Assembly: GCA_035301445.1 (NCBI GenBank)
Contig: DATGUH010000153.1
Coordinates: forward strand, 8,196-72,195
Direction: 5' to 3'
DNA: 64,000 bases
DNA from: Pseudogracilibacillus sp.
Lineage (GTDB): Bacteria > Bacillota > Bacilli > Bacillales > Amphibacillaceae
Shown: in pieces, positions 41,103-51,228 of the stretch
How positions within the stretch are numbered: the first letter of the stretch is position 1
Layout of the letters: every line of letters begins with the position of its first letter
Notes under the pieces: model-generated
Seen by the model: only the letters and a program-made list of their open reading frames with translations
Told to the model about the DNA's origin: nothing
The model's database searches: none
Translations under genes and position numbers: made by a program

Positions 41103-41790
41103 ATTGTGCCGCTCCTTCCGTTAAATAGCCATCATGCATCGTGTACACACGGTCAGCAATACGCGCAACCTCGTCATCATGCGTAATCATGACGAATGAA
41201 ATGCCTCTTTTACGATTCAATGTTTGAATCAGTAATAACACATCTTGTTCTGTTTCTGAGTCTAAACTACCTGTCGGTTCATCCGCCAAAATAATCGGTG
41301 GATCAGTAATGAGCGCACGCGCAATGCTGACCCGCTGCTGTTGTCCACCTGATAATTCATTTGGATAATGGTCTGCTACATGATCTAACCCAATTTCTTT
41401 CATCATTCGTTCCACTTTTTCCTTTCGCTTTGCCTGATCCATTCCTTGTAATTTTAATGGTAATTCAATATTTTCAAATGTGTTGAGACCCGGCATTAGT
41501 TGGAAGTTTTGAAAAATAAAACCAAAATTTTCTAGTCTAAACTTGGCACTTTTCACTTCATTAAATGATGCAATTTCAACACCGTTAACATGAATTTCTC
41601 CGCGGTCAGGTTTCATAAAGCTAGCCAACATATGCAAAAATGTCGATTTTCCCGAACCACTTTTACCAACAATCGATACAATTTCACCGTCATTCACTTT
41701 AAAATCAATATCTTTTAATACATCAATCTTCTTTTCCTTCCCTTTCTTCCCAATTCGAAAGGCATGGCTTACATTTTTTACAGTAATCAT
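41092..41790 (-). CDS. ABC transporter ATP-binding protein (LolD/MacB-like)
   Basis: [27 protein letters not shown]. Confidence 0.9.
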   Translation of the reverse strand: MITVKNVSHAFRIGKKGKEKKIDVLKDIDFKVNDGEIVSIVGKSGSGKSTFLHMLASFMKPDRGEIHVNGVEIASFNEVKSAKFRLENFGFIFQNFQLMPGLNTFENIELPLKLQGMDQAKRKEKVERMMKEIGLDHVADHYPNELSGGQQQRVSIARALITDPPIILADEPTGSLDSETEQDVLLLIQTLNRKRGISFVMITHDDEVARIADRVYTMHDGYLTEGAAQYAI

Positions 41791-42092
41791 TTGTCCGTCT
41801 CCTCCATTTAAGCGATGATTGTTAGTCTAAACTGCAAATCTTAAATCGGAGTAAGGATAAATCTGAAGAAATTCTTAAGTTTTTTAAGTCTACTAACAGG
41901 CCATGTTAAAAATTCTGTTTTTTTCATTGTTTGCGCAGTCCAGCGCGAACAATTTGAAGGGCCATATGCAAGAACTTCAAATAAAAAAGACGCGCTCAAC
42001 CATGTTTTGATTGATCACTCTCTTTTTCATTTCATAAATCAAAAAAGAAGCGCCTCTATGAATAGAGGCGCTCCGTTAACCAATGATGTTAT

Positions 42093-43664
42093 TTATCTTT
42101 CTTCGTTTTCTTCTTCAGGATTTGACGTTGCTATTTGAGCCACTTGGTCATTTTTCGACGCTTTTACTTCATCTGTTAAGGCATCAATGCTTGGACGGAT
42201 ATTATGTTTTCCTGAATAATTTTCCATCATTTCTTTTACATCGATACCAGTTGTTTCTTTAAGAGATTCTTGTAAAGATGACATTAAATTTGTCGCGTAT
42301 GAAGTGACACGGTTGGCACCGCCACCGCCTTCACCACCGCCTGTATCAACAACAGTAATCTTGTCGATATTCGATAATGGTGCTGAAACGTTTTTCGCGT
42401 AATCTGGGATCATGCGAATAATCATGTCAAGCATAGCCGCTTCACCGTACTCATTGAATGCTTCTGCTACTTTACGTTTCGCTTCTGCTTCCGCCACACC
42501 TTTCAGACGGATAACTTCTGCTTCTGCTTCACCTTCTGCACGTAATGCATCCGCTTTTGCAACCCCATCTAAACGAACTTTTTCTGCTTCTGCAGCTGCT
42601 CGTGCTTCGATACGATACTTCTCTGCATCTGCTTCAGCAAGTTGACGCGCCTTATCAGCTGCCGCTTGCTGCTCAATCGCATAACGATCCGCATCTGCTT
42701 TCTTCTTCACTTCAGAATCGTATTGCTTTTCACGACGTGCAATTTCTTTTTCCTCTAATTCGATTTGCTTTTGACGCTCAATAATTTGAACTTGCATTTC
42801 TTGCTCTGTTACTTCTTGTTTAGAGCGAGCTGTTTGCAATTCATACGCTTGGTCGGCTTTCGCTTTAGCGCGATCTTGCTCTAAACGGTATTCAGCTACT
42901 TTTAGCTGGTTTTCTTTCTCTGCTTCGGCAATTTCCGTTGCACGTTCAATTTCAGCGCGTTGTGCATCTTTTGCAGCTTCCGCGTTTTGAATACGTGTTT
43001 CTTTTTCTGCTACAGCAGTCGCAATATCCGCATCACGTTTTACTTGTGCAATACGTGGCTTACCAAGCGAGTCTAAGTATCCATTACTGTCACGTACATC
43101 TTTAATCGTAAAGGAAACAATGACAAGACCCATTTTCGATAAATCTTCTGATGCGACACGTTGTACTTCTTGAGAGAATAATTCACGGTTTTTATAAATT
43201 TCCTCTACCGTCATGGATCCTAAAATAGAACGTAAATGTCCTTCAAGTACTTCTCTTGCTTCATTTTCACGATCTTCTTTTGATTTCCCTAAAAATTGCT
43301 CCGCAGCCGTTGCAATTTCAGAAATCGAACCGCCAATTTTAATAATCGCAATACCATCTGCCATTACAGGTACACCTTGACCTGTATAAACTTCCGGTGT
43401 TGTAACTTCCAATTTACTTGAAAGCAAACTTAACGGCTCTGCTTGTTGGAATACTGGAAACACGAATGTACCGCCACCGCGAATGATTTTAATTTTATTG
43501 CCGCCTTCATCGGTATGTACATTTTTGGATCCTAAATAACTCCCCGTTACAATTAATGCTTCGTCTGGTCCAACTGTACGATATTTCGTAATATAGACCA
43601 ATACAATCGCCAGTATGATAAATCCGACGACTCCAAGGACTGTGATAATTCCTGGCATATTCAT
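42093..43664 (-). CDS. floT: Flotillin family protein FloT (YuaG)
   Basis: GPDEALIVTGSYLG, AAEQFLGK, EGHLRSILG, AEA-rich coiled coil, IDKITVVDTGG. Confidence 0.92.
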   Translation of the reverse strand: MNMPGIITVLGVVGFIILAIVLVYITKYRTVGPDEALIVTGSYLGSKNVHTDEGGNKIKIIRGGGTFVFPVFQQAEPLSLLSSKLEVTTPEVYTGQGVPVMADGIAIIKIGGSISEIATAAEQFLGKSKEDRENEAREVLEGHLRSILGSMTVEEIYKNRELFSQEVQRVASEDLSKMGLVIVSFTIKDVRDSNGYLDSLGKPRIAQVKRDADIATAVAEKETRIQNAEAAKDAQRAEIERATEIAEAEKENQLKVAEYRLEQDRAKAKADQAYELQTARSKQEVTEQEMQVQIIERQKQIELEEKEIARREKQYDSEVKKKADADRYAIEQQAAADKARQLAEADAEKYRIEARAAAEAEKVRLDGVAKADALRAEGEAEAEVIRLKGVAEAEAKRKVAEAFNEYGEAAMLDMIIRMIPDYAKNVSAPLSNIDKITVVDTGGGEGGGGANRVTSYATNLMSSLQESLKETTGIDVKEMMENYSGKHNIRPSIDALTDEVKASKNDQVAQIATSNPEEENEER

Positions 43665-43675
43665 TCCTCCCCTAT

Positions 43676-44221
43676 TTATGATTGGTGATTTGCGAAGCGA
43701 AATGGCTCATATTCTTTTACAACGAACGCGCCTTCCTTCACTTCAATGATTAACACTTCTTTGCCGTATTCAATCGGAATGTTTTCATATCCGACAGCAC
43801 GTTTATTAATGCGTCCGTTAATCGTCTCGATGACTATTTCACCATACCCATTTTCTGGGATTGAAATAATGACACGACCGACTTGCCCCATTAATTGATC
43901 ATCGGAATATACCATCGATACTTCCGCTGATCGTAAAGGTACTAAAACAAAGAAATAGAGTAATGTATCTAAAACAATTGCTATCGCAATCGCAACACCC
44001 AAAATAATGAAGCTATCCCATAATACGGTTTTCTCTAAAATATATGCCCCTGCACATGTAAATGTAATGAATGATAAAATAATGGCCGGGTCAAGTAGCG
44101 GGTGAATGTCTTCAACTCCATCCGTAAAGTCACTAATAAAGATGTACAATACCGTTGCGACACCAGCAATCATTAAGCCGTATAAATACACTTGCATAAT
44201 AGGTAATCCAAATAATTCCAT
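43676..44221 (-). CDS. NfeD family membrane protein (YuaF)
   Basis: 3 TM segments plus C-terminal OB fold (GQVGRVIISIP..GYGEI); directly upstream of floT. Confidence 0.85.
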   Translation of the reverse strand: MELFGLPIMQVYLYGLMIAGVATVLYIFISDFTDGVEDIHPLLDPAIILSFITFTCAGAYILEKTVLWDSFIILGVAIAIAIVLDTLLYFFVLVPLRSAEVSMVYSDDQLMGQVGRVIISIPENGYGEIVIETINGRINKRAVGYENIPIEYGKEVLIIEVKEGAFVVKEYEPFRFANHQS

Positions 44222-44253
44222 TGCCATCCCTCCTACTTGCTCTTTCATATTCT

Positions 44254-44281
44254 TATACGGTCAACTTACTAGAAGGTTTCA
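44254..44281 (-). promoter_or_regulatory. sigmaW promoter of nfeD-floT
   Basis: TGAAAC-N16-CGTATA; the B. subtilis yuaF-floT operon is sigmaW-dependent. Confidence 0.85.
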
Positions 44282-44471
44282 AAAAAGTAACGTTTTTTAT
44301 TTTTTTATTTAGGGAATCAAGAAAGTATGTCATAAAAATTTCACGATTTATTCAAATTCCCATTTCATCCAACACATTTGCGCATTTATATATGTATTTC
44401 AAGCAGTTTTTTTGGTATCATTGACTGTGCTGTAAAAATCTGAAACAGATTAATCACATTGGAGGTACATC

Positions 44472-45092
44472 ATGTTTAATTTTAATAAAACTGATCCATT
44501 TTTCACTGCACTACTTGAAATTGCCGAACATGTACGTGAATCAATTCATTACACATATAATTTTGAAATTACAAGTATCGCTGATTTAAAAGAAGTTAGT
44601 ATTAAAATGAAAAATTATGAGCGCGAAGGAGATACGTTAATTCACGAATTAACAACGAAGTTAAATACTTCGTTTATGACCCCTATCGAGCGTGAAGATA
44701 TTTTACAATTATCGATTAAAATGGATGATATTTTAGACGGAATGGAACATTTCATTGCGCACTTAGAAATGTTTTCATTAGTCGAGACGGATGAATATGT
44801 AGATTCATTTATGGAAAACATCGTGAAAAGTACAGATGAAATCGTCAAAGCACTTCAACTATTATCAAAGAAAAAACTTGTTGAAATGCGCGACCATGCA
44901 GTTCTGATTAAACAATTAGAAAGCATTTGCGATGAAGTTTACCGAACATCGATTAAACAATTATTCATTAACGAGACAGATCCAATTCGTATTATCCAAT
45001 TAAAAGATTCTTATGAACAACTAGAAGAAATTGCTGACTACTGCGAAGATGTTGCAAATACAATCGAAACGATTATTATGCGTAACGCGTAA
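44472..45092 (+). CDS. DUF47/PhoU-like phosphate transport regulator (YkaA)
   Basis: EREGD..IH...FMTPIEREDI..DDILD; upstream of pit. Confidence 0.88.
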   Translation: MFNFNKTDPFFTALLEIAEHVRESIHYTYNFEITSIADLKEVSIKMKNYEREGDTLIHELTTKLNTSFMTPIEREDILQLSIKMDDILDGMEHFIAHLEMFSLVETDEYVDSFMENIVKSTDEIVKALQLLSKKKLVEMRDHAVLIKQLESICDEVYRTSIKQLFINETDPIRIIQLKDSYEQLEEIADYCEDVANTIETIIMRNA

Positions 45093-45109
45093 GGAGGAGT
45101 TCACACGTA

Positions 45110-46108
45110 ATGGATACACTTTTACTCCTCACAATACTTGTCGTTATATTTGCACTCGCTTTTGACTTTATTAACGGCTTTCATGACACAGCAAACGCTA
45201 TTGCCACTTCTGTGTCAACGCGCGCATTAAAACCTAGAACTGCGGTCTTAATGGCAGCTACTATGAACTTTATTGGTGCACTAACATTTACAGGGGTGGC
45301 ACAAACCATTTCTAAAGATATCGTCGACCCATTTATGTTAGAAAATGGCTCACTCGTTATTTTAGCTGCGCTACTTTCTGCAATCGCATGGAACTTAATT
45401 ACATGGTATTTCGGAATTCCGTCAAGTTCATCTCACGCACTTATTGGATCAATTGCTGGTGCAGCCATTTCTGCTGCTGGATTTGGGATTTTAAATTACA
45501 AAGGGTTCATTAAAATTTTAGAAGCTTTAATCTTCTCCCCTTTTATCGCACTATTCGTCGGTTTTATTGTCATGTCGATTTTTAAAGTCGTTTTAAAAAA
45601 TCGTAATTTATTTAAGGCAAATAAACGTATTCGTTATATGCAAATCGGAACTGCTGCACTACAAGCATTTACACACGGAACGAATGATGCACAAAAAGCA
45701 ATGGGAATCATTACGATGGCACTCATTGCCGGTGGATTACAAACGACGGATGATGTCCAATTATGGGTACGTATCGCTGCCGCAACGGCGATGGGGCTTG
45801 GTACATCTATTGGTGGTTATAAAATTATTAAAACCGTTGGGACAAAAATTATGAAAATCCGTCCTGTAAATGGAGCAGCCGCAGACCTATCATCTGCTGG
45901 GATTATTTTTAGTGCGACACTCCTTCACTTACCAGTTAGTACGACACATGTCATTTCATCAGCGATTATGGGTGTTGGAACTGCACAACGTGTCCGCGAC
46001 GTAAACTGGGGTGTAGCGAAAAATATTGTCATGACTTGGATTATTACATTGCCAATTTCTGCTGCATTAGCTGCCATCCTTTATCAAGTACTTGCACTGT
46101 TCTTTTAA
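45110..46108 (+). CDS. pit: Inorganic phosphate transporter
   Basis: FDFINGFHDTANAIAT, PSSSSHAL, HGTNDAQKAMG, PVSTTH. Confidence 0.93.
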   Translation: MDTLLLLTILVVIFALAFDFINGFHDTANAIATSVSTRALKPRTAVLMAATMNFIGALTFTGVAQTISKDIVDPFMLENGSLVILAALLSAIAWNLITWYFGIPSSSSHALIGSIAGAAISAAGFGILNYKGFIKILEALIFSPFIALFVGFIVMSIFKVVLKNRNLFKANKRIRYMQIGTAALQAFTHGTNDAQKAMGIITMALIAGGLQTTDDVQLWVRIAAATAMGLGTSIGGYKIIKTVGTKIMKIRPVNGAAADLSSAGIIFSATLLHLPVSTTHVISSAIMGVGTAQRVRDVNWGVAKNIVMTWIITLPISAALAAILYQVLALFF

Positions 46109-46125
46109 CCAAATAAACATTTCAC

Positions 46126-46154
46126 TTGCAATTGATCGCGCTACTTGTTATGAT
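46126..46154 (+). promoter_or_regulatory. sigmaA promoter of the cold-shock gene (long 5' UTR follows)
   Basis: TTGCAA-N17-TATGAT with TG extension; about 105-nt leader typical of csp mRNAs. Confidence 0.75.
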
Positions 46155-46266
46155 AAAGAAGAATTATTTTTGTTCGAATAGTAGAACGGTCATCAAGACC
46201 CCTTCAAGACTTGAGCAAGGATAGTAACACATGTGTGTAAAACATACACACGAGGAGGAAACAAAG

Positions 46267-46467
46267 ATGGAACAAGGTAAAGTAAAATGGTTTAACGCAG
46301 AAAAAGGTTTTGGATTTATCGAGCGTGAAGAAGGCGACGACGTATTCGTACACTTCTCAGCTATCCAAGGCGAAGGTTTCAAAACACTTGAAGAAGGTCA
46401 AGAAGTAACTTTCGAAATCGAACAAGGTGAACGTGGTCTTCAAGCTTCAAACGTTGTTAAAAACTAA
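46267..46467 (+). CDS. Cold-shock protein (CspA family)
   Basis: [18 protein letters not shown]...[21 protein letters not shown]; RBS GAGGAGG. Confidence 0.97.
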   Translation: MEQGKVKWFNAEKGFGFIEREEGDDVFVHFSAIQGEGFKTLEEGQEVTFEIEQGERGLQASNVVKN

Positions 46468-46484
46468 TTTGAATTAACCTATTC

Positions 46485-46514
46485 AAGCCATTCTCTTAAG
46501 AGAATGGCTTTTTT
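46485..46514 (+). terminator. Intrinsic terminator of csp
   Basis: AAGCCATTCTCTTAAGAGAATGGCTTTTTT. Confidence 0.85.
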
Positions 46515-46519
46515 CTGTT

Positions 46520-46877
46520 GTTTACAAGGTTTTTTGGTGATATCTACAAAGTTTTTTGTGATATCTCCAGATCTCAGTTCAATACCTACAAGTTTTGTTC
46601 GTGAATCAACAAGTTTGAGATTTACCTGCAATTCTTCTTGCGTTATCTACAAATTTTCTGTTCAAATCAACAAACTAAAAGCTCGTATCTACAAATTACT
46701 AGCTGCTATCGACAATCGCCTCTTTATCGACAACTCATTGCGGGTTTTCTGCAAATTTTCTTGCGTTATCTACAGATCCCAGTTCAATACCTACAAAGTT
46801 TGTTCGTGAATCAACAAGTTTGAGATTTACCTACAAATCTTCTTGCGTTATCTTCAAATTTCTTTACATTATCTACA
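46520..46877. repeat. Array of about 17-18 units with 21-bp period: conserved core TATCTACAA plus variable linker
   Basis: Cores start at 46541, 46562, 46583, 46604, 46623, 46644, 46665, 46686, 46707, 46725, 46746, 46767, 46788, 46809, 46828, 46849, 46869; block 46562-46655 recurs at 46767-46860. Confidence 0.9.
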
Positions 46878-47150
46878 CCCCCTCTCCCTCTACCAACCCA
46901 ATTGCGAAATCAGCACTGACAAAGGATTCGATTTCTAAAAAAACGATCAACAAAAGCGTTGTTCATCACATCAGCTTTCACTGACTTTTATAAACAACTC
47001 TTTCTCGCTACTCTATTCTATATATTTCCCAAAACTCGCTATCTCTCTACTAGCAGTGCGCGCATTTCTAGACTGAAACATAAGACTTTTCTTTCAAAAT
47101 TCGATATGATGAACGTACTCACTTATTATAAAAAGAAGGAAGGCTTTCAC

Positions 47151-49298
47151 GTGCGAATTTTTTCTCAACTGATTTCTCGAGCATATAAATGGGTTGCCCT
47201 TTTTTGGGTTGCGATTTTAATAGCGATGGCCATTTTTGCGATTCGTTTACCGAATTTATTGGAAGGCGATGGTTTCCGAATGGATGGCGAACATGAAGCC
47301 GTTATGGATACCGTTTCGAAACAATTTGACATGCCTGCGGAAACAATGTTTGTCGTGTTTGATCATCAATCAAATGACACCATTAAGCAAACGCTTGAAG
47401 AAATTGAATCATTACAACTTACATCATCAATTGATTCACCATTAGAAGATCAATCTTTACAAAAAGAAGATGTGGCTTATGCGATGCTTCATTTTGATCA
47501 CGAAACAGATCATATGTCACAAATTGTGACTGATATTCGTGCTACATTTGATGGGCAAGATGGCATTACGTTAACCGGTGCTTCCCCGCTATCAAAAGAT
47601 ATTAATGAAGCCAGTCAAAAAGACTTAATTACTGCTGAAGCAATTGGATTACCTGTTGCCATTATCATTTTACTCTTTGCTTTTGGGACAGTTGTTGCGG
47701 CACTTGTGCCATTAGCGATTGGAATTACGACCGTTATTACCTCATTTGGAATTTTGACGTTTATCGGCGAGAAAATTGATTTATCCATATTCGTCTTAAA
47801 TATTATTCCAATGCTCGGCTTAGCACTTAGTATCGACTTTGCTTTGCTTTTCATTAGTCGTTATCGCGAAGAACGTGCACATTCTTCAATTGAAGATGCT
47901 GTCAAAATGACCATTCAAACAGCTGGACGCTCCGTTATTTTCTCAGCATTTTGTGTATTTATCGGACTTGGTGCGATGTTATTGATTCAAATTGATTTAT
48001 TCCAAAATATTGCAATTGGCGGGATGATTGTAGTGTCTATGGCTGTTCTTACTTCAATCACATTACTGCCTTCTATTTTATTATTGCTTGGCAATCGAAT
48101 TGATAAATGGCAAGTATTAAAAACGAAGAAAAACGGCACCAATCGCTGGCGTCAATTTGCCAATAGCGTGATTAAAAGACCTGTTACCATTACACTTGTC
48201 GCCATTATTTTACTAACGATTGCTATGATTCCTGTAAAAAATATGAAACTAACGATTCCAGAGCTAGATGCATTGCCAATGTCTTATGATTCTCGTGCGG
48301 CATTTGAATTAATGGAAGATACTTTTGATATGAAAGATACGTCTTCACTATACATGATTGCGAAACGTGCCGGCGGTTGGGAAAATGAAGACGGACTGAA
48401 CGCATTGAAATCATTAGAAGAAACGTTTGAACAAGATCAACTAGTGGAAGAAGTTACGACGATCTTCAGTGCGAGTGATATTCAATCTGTGGAGGAATGG
48501 AACGGGGCGATGAGTGTGCCGGAGATAGCCGCTTCGCTCGAACCACTCGTAGAACAATTTATTCAAGAAGATGAAGTGATGATTCCGATTACCCTTAATG
48601 TGGAAGGTACTTCTAATGCAGCACAAACTTGGGTTCGTGATTGGCAAAAAGAACATCCTGATTGGTCTGTTCAAATTGGTGGAGAACCGAGATTTAACCA
48701 GGAAATATTTGATGAGATTTGGGATAAAATCGGACTTGTTTTAACGGTTATTATCGCCTCGACATTTATCATTTTAATGATCGCATTTCGCTCTTTATTA
48801 ATTCCAATTAAAGCGATCCTTATGAATGTAATCGGATTGGCTTCTACTTTTGGCATTCTCGTATACATTTTCCAATACGGACATTTCGGATTGCCCGCGG
48901 GAACAATTGCGCTTATTATTCCTGTGCTCGTGTTCAGTCTTGTATTCGGATTAAGTATGGATTATGAAGTATTCCTGATATCAAGGATGCAAGAAGAGTA
49001 TGCTTCATCTTTTAATAACGATAAAGCTACAGTAGAAGGACTCGCAACAACAAGCAAAGTGATTACGTCAGCGGCGCTTATTATGATTGTGCTCACAGGT
49101 GCTTTCGCTTTTACAGACGTCATGCCTGTGAAACAAATTGGTGTTGGGATTGCGATTGCAGTCGCTATTGACGCAACAATTATTCGTTTATTACTCGTGC
49201 CAAGTTTAATGAAATTGTTCGGAAAATGGAATTGGTGGTTGCCATTCAATAAAGGCTTATACCGTCGAGATAATAAACGATTTGAACAAAAATCGTAA
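47151..49298 (+). CDS. MMPL/RND family transporter (YdfJ-like)
   Basis: GLALSIDFALLFISRYREE, TAGRSVIFS, FGLSMDYEVFLISRMQEE; GTG start after AAGAAGG. Confidence 0.9.
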   Translation: MRIFSQLISRAYKWVALFWVAILIAMAIFAIRLPNLLEGDGFRMDGEHEAVMDTVSKQFDMPAETMFVVFDHQSNDTIKQTLEEIESLQLTSSIDSPLEDQSLQKEDVAYAMLHFDHETDHMSQIVTDIRATFDGQDGITLTGASPLSKDINEASQKDLITAEAIGLPVAIIILLFAFGTVVAALVPLAIGITTVITSFGILTFIGEKIDLSIFVLNIIPMLGLALSIDFALLFISRYREERAHSSIEDAVKMTIQTAGRSVIFSAFCVFIGLGAMLLIQIDLFQNIAIGGMIVVSMAVLTSITLLPSILLLLGNRIDKWQVLKTKKNGTNRWRQFANSVIKRPVTITLVAIILLTIAMIPVKNMKLTIPELDALPMSYDSRAAFELMEDTFDMKDTSSLYMIAKRAGGWENEDGLNALKSLEETFEQDQLVEEVTTIFSASDIQSVEEWNGAMSVPEIAASLEPLVEQFIQEDEVMIPITLNVEGTSNAAQTWVRDWQKEHPDWSVQIGGEPRFNQEIFDEIWDKIGLVLTVIIASTFIILMIAFRSLLIPIKAILMNVIGLASTFGILVYIFQYGHFGLPAGTIALIIPVLVFSLVFGLSMDYEVFLISRMQEEYASSFNNDKATVEGLATTSKVITSAALIMIVLTGAFAFTDVMPVKQIGVGIAIAVAIDATIIRLLLVPSLMKLFGKWNWWLPFNKGLYRRDNKRFEQKS

Positions 49299-49359
49299 CA
49301 TCAAAATAAAGCTGTTCAGATTGTTAGTGATGACTACCTAACTGTCTGAACAGCTTTTT

Positions 49360-49545
49360 CTATAAAGAAATCCATTGATCGTAACTAGGTTGTTCTACTT
49401 GTTCCATAATTGCTGTTTGTTCATCTATTTGGTCTTTTGGCTCTTTTTTCATTTGATCAATCGTCATTTTCATGGCGACGTACACACCGCCAACAGTGAT
49501 TAGCACGATGACTAAAAGTACGACAACCAATGTTCTTCCTTTCAT
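49360..49545 (-). CDS. Small single-pass membrane protein
   Basis: N-terminal hydrophobic helix and charged tail; RBS GAGGAGG in the end of the upstream gene. Confidence 0.6.
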   Translation of the reverse strand: MKGRTLVVVLLVIVLITVGGVYVAMKMTIDQMKKEPKDQIDEQTAIMEQVEQPSYDQWISL

Positions 49546-49551
49546 AAAGCC

Positions 49552-50004
49552 TTATGCCTCCTCTTCTAATGTAAAACGTTCATCTTTTAAATAATTCACA
49601 GCTTCTTCGTAATCGCCAAAGCTATCTTCTAAATTTCCTTCATGGTAAAGTCCCCATGCATCAAGTTCTTCTTGTAAAACAAGCACATGTTGACCATCCG
49701 TCCATCTTTCAATAATCGGTTCGATTTCTGTACGAAGTCCTTCGATGGCATCTTCGACCATTTGACGAAGCACTTCTGCTGTCACTTCACGTATATTCAC
49801 AAGGCCACGTTCATCTGTTTGATAACCTGGAACATTTTCTAAGTAGACAAATCCATTTCCATTTGGATGTAAATGTTGTACGACAACCTTTTTGTCATAT
49901 AAGCTGTCTTCAAAATGATAATTTAATCGTTTCATCGATACTTCTTTTTTTGTTAATTGTGGAAACGTATCAATTATTTCCTGTTTTTCTTCAAATGTTA
50001 ACAT
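49552..50004 (-). CDS. Conserved hypothetical protein
   Basis: 150-aa ORF in operon context (HLHPNGNGFVY, GLVNIRE); no function recognised. Confidence 0.7.
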   Translation of the reverse strand: MLTFEEKQEIIDTFPQLTKKEVSMKRLNYHFEDSLYDKKVVVQHLHPNGNGFVYLENVPGYQTDERGLVNIREVTAEVLRQMVEDAIEGLRTEIEPIIERWTDGQHVLVLQEELDAWGLYHEGNLEDSFGDYEEAVNYLKDERFTLEEEA

Positions 50005-50025
50005 GTCTTCACTCTTTTCTACGCA

Positions 50026-50661
50026 TTATTCTGTAATATGAAGGCCTAATAATTTCGCAAAACCGATTGCTTGTCTCTCAGAAACAATACAATTAGACAA
50101 TTTTTCGATTGTGACTTCTATCGTATCATACTGATTTGTCGACAAATCGATGTTTGCTAAATTTGTTTCAATAAAGCTTGCTCGATGTAAAAGATTTCTC
50201 ACAAAAAACGTTTGTTTAAAATGACAATCAAAAAAATTACTTTCTGTTAAATCCATTTGGTGAAATGCAACATGGTTTGTACGTGATAAGCTAAAATCAC
50301 TATATTGCGCTTCACCATTTTCAAACAATACATGTCCAAATAACGCTTGTGAAAAATCTGCTCCCGTTAATTTTACACCTTTAAACTGACAACGATGAAA
50401 ATGTGTATTTTTTAATTGGGCATTTGAAAAATCACAAGTATCAAATAATACATCTGTAAAATGCATCTCTTCTAAGTTTGCACCATTAAAACGTACATGT
50501 TTAAACTGAACATCATTAAAATGAAGGGGCTCGTCACCATTTTGAAAAAAGCCACCAGCGAATTGAACGCGTTCGATATAGGGCTCACCTATCCACACAT
50601 CTTCAATACGCATTTTATCGTGTTGCATCGAAAAGATCGGTCGATGGATTTGCGTCAACAA
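50026..50661 (-). CDS. Pentapeptide repeat protein
   Basis: Repeats such as CDFSN/AQLKN/THFHR/CQFKG/VKLTG/ADFSQ; TTG start after AAGGAGG. Confidence 0.85.
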   Translation of the reverse strand: MLTQIHRPIFSMQHDKMRIEDVWIGEPYIERVQFAGGFFQNGDEPLHFNDVQFKHVRFNGANLEEMHFTDVLFDTCDFSNAQLKNTHFHRCQFKGVKLTGADFSQALFGHVLFENGEAQYSDFSLSRTNHVAFHQMDLTESNFFDCHFKQTFFVRNLLHRASFIETNLANIDLSTNQYDTIEVTIEKLSNCIVSERQAIGFAKLLGLHITE

Positions 50662-50674
50662 TCGTTTCCCCTCC

Positions 50675-50776
50675 TTATTTTCTCGTTCGCCATTCTGCAA
50701 TAATAATAAATGAAATTACAACGGCAATGGCCAATATATAAAACCAACTTGGTATACTACTTCCCCATGAAAACAT
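50675..50776 (-). CDS. Unannotated 33-aa small membrane protein
   Basis: MFSWGSSIPSWFYILAIAVVISFIIIAEWRTRK*; RBS AGAAAGGAAG; the stop overlaps the RBS (TAAGGAGG) of the next gene. Confidence 0.6.
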   Translation of the reverse strand: MFSWGSSIPSWFYILAIAVVISFIIIAEWRTRK

Positions 50777-50869
50777 TGGTAACTTCCTTTCTGCGAACAT
50801 TTTCTGTTTACTATACGTCTATTGGTAGTATAGCATTTTATTAACGATTCATCTTTTCATAACTGACAA

Positions 50870-51106
50870 CTCCCCTTTAGTGGTTGTCGCAAACTTCACG
50901 ATACAAGAAGAGAGCCCTTTTTTTCATGTTTAGATAGCTTGGTATTCAATATATGCTCGCTAACCCATTTACCTATTGATTGAAGTGGAATTGTGCTGAC
51001 GCCTGCGGGAACAGCACGAGTTGAAGACCCCACAGGAGCGCAGCGACGAGGAGGCTGAAGCCGTGCCCGCTGCAAGCACCACAATCGAAACGGAAATCAA
51101 TATGGT
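50870..51106. repeat. Composite dispersed repeat, copy B (IS-like leader plus intact approx. 136-bp GC-rich hairpin element at 50971-51106)
   Basis: Matches 39563-39778; hairpin bounded by ACCTATTGATT...AATCAATATGGT with inner GCGGG..GCACG / CGTGCCCGC arms. Confidence 0.9.
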
Positions 51107-51228
51107 GATTGGCTGTTACATTCTTCCCGTCTACTCGTGCCGGCTGTTAACCTTATTCCCACAAACTGTATATGCGTATTAATTGAAATGGCGATATAGT
51201 AAGAGGTCCGAGCTAATGGCTTTAAAAG

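Noticed and set aside
46504-46823. ORFs 46504..46809 and 46638..46823 as real proteins
   Set aside because: They start inside the terminator or array, lack an RBS and simply read through the repeat.
46520-46877. CRISPR array
   Set aside because: The conserved part is only about 9 bp and degenerate, linkers are about 12 bp, and there are no cas genes; far from CRISPR repeat/spacer dimensions. Kept as an unexplained array.
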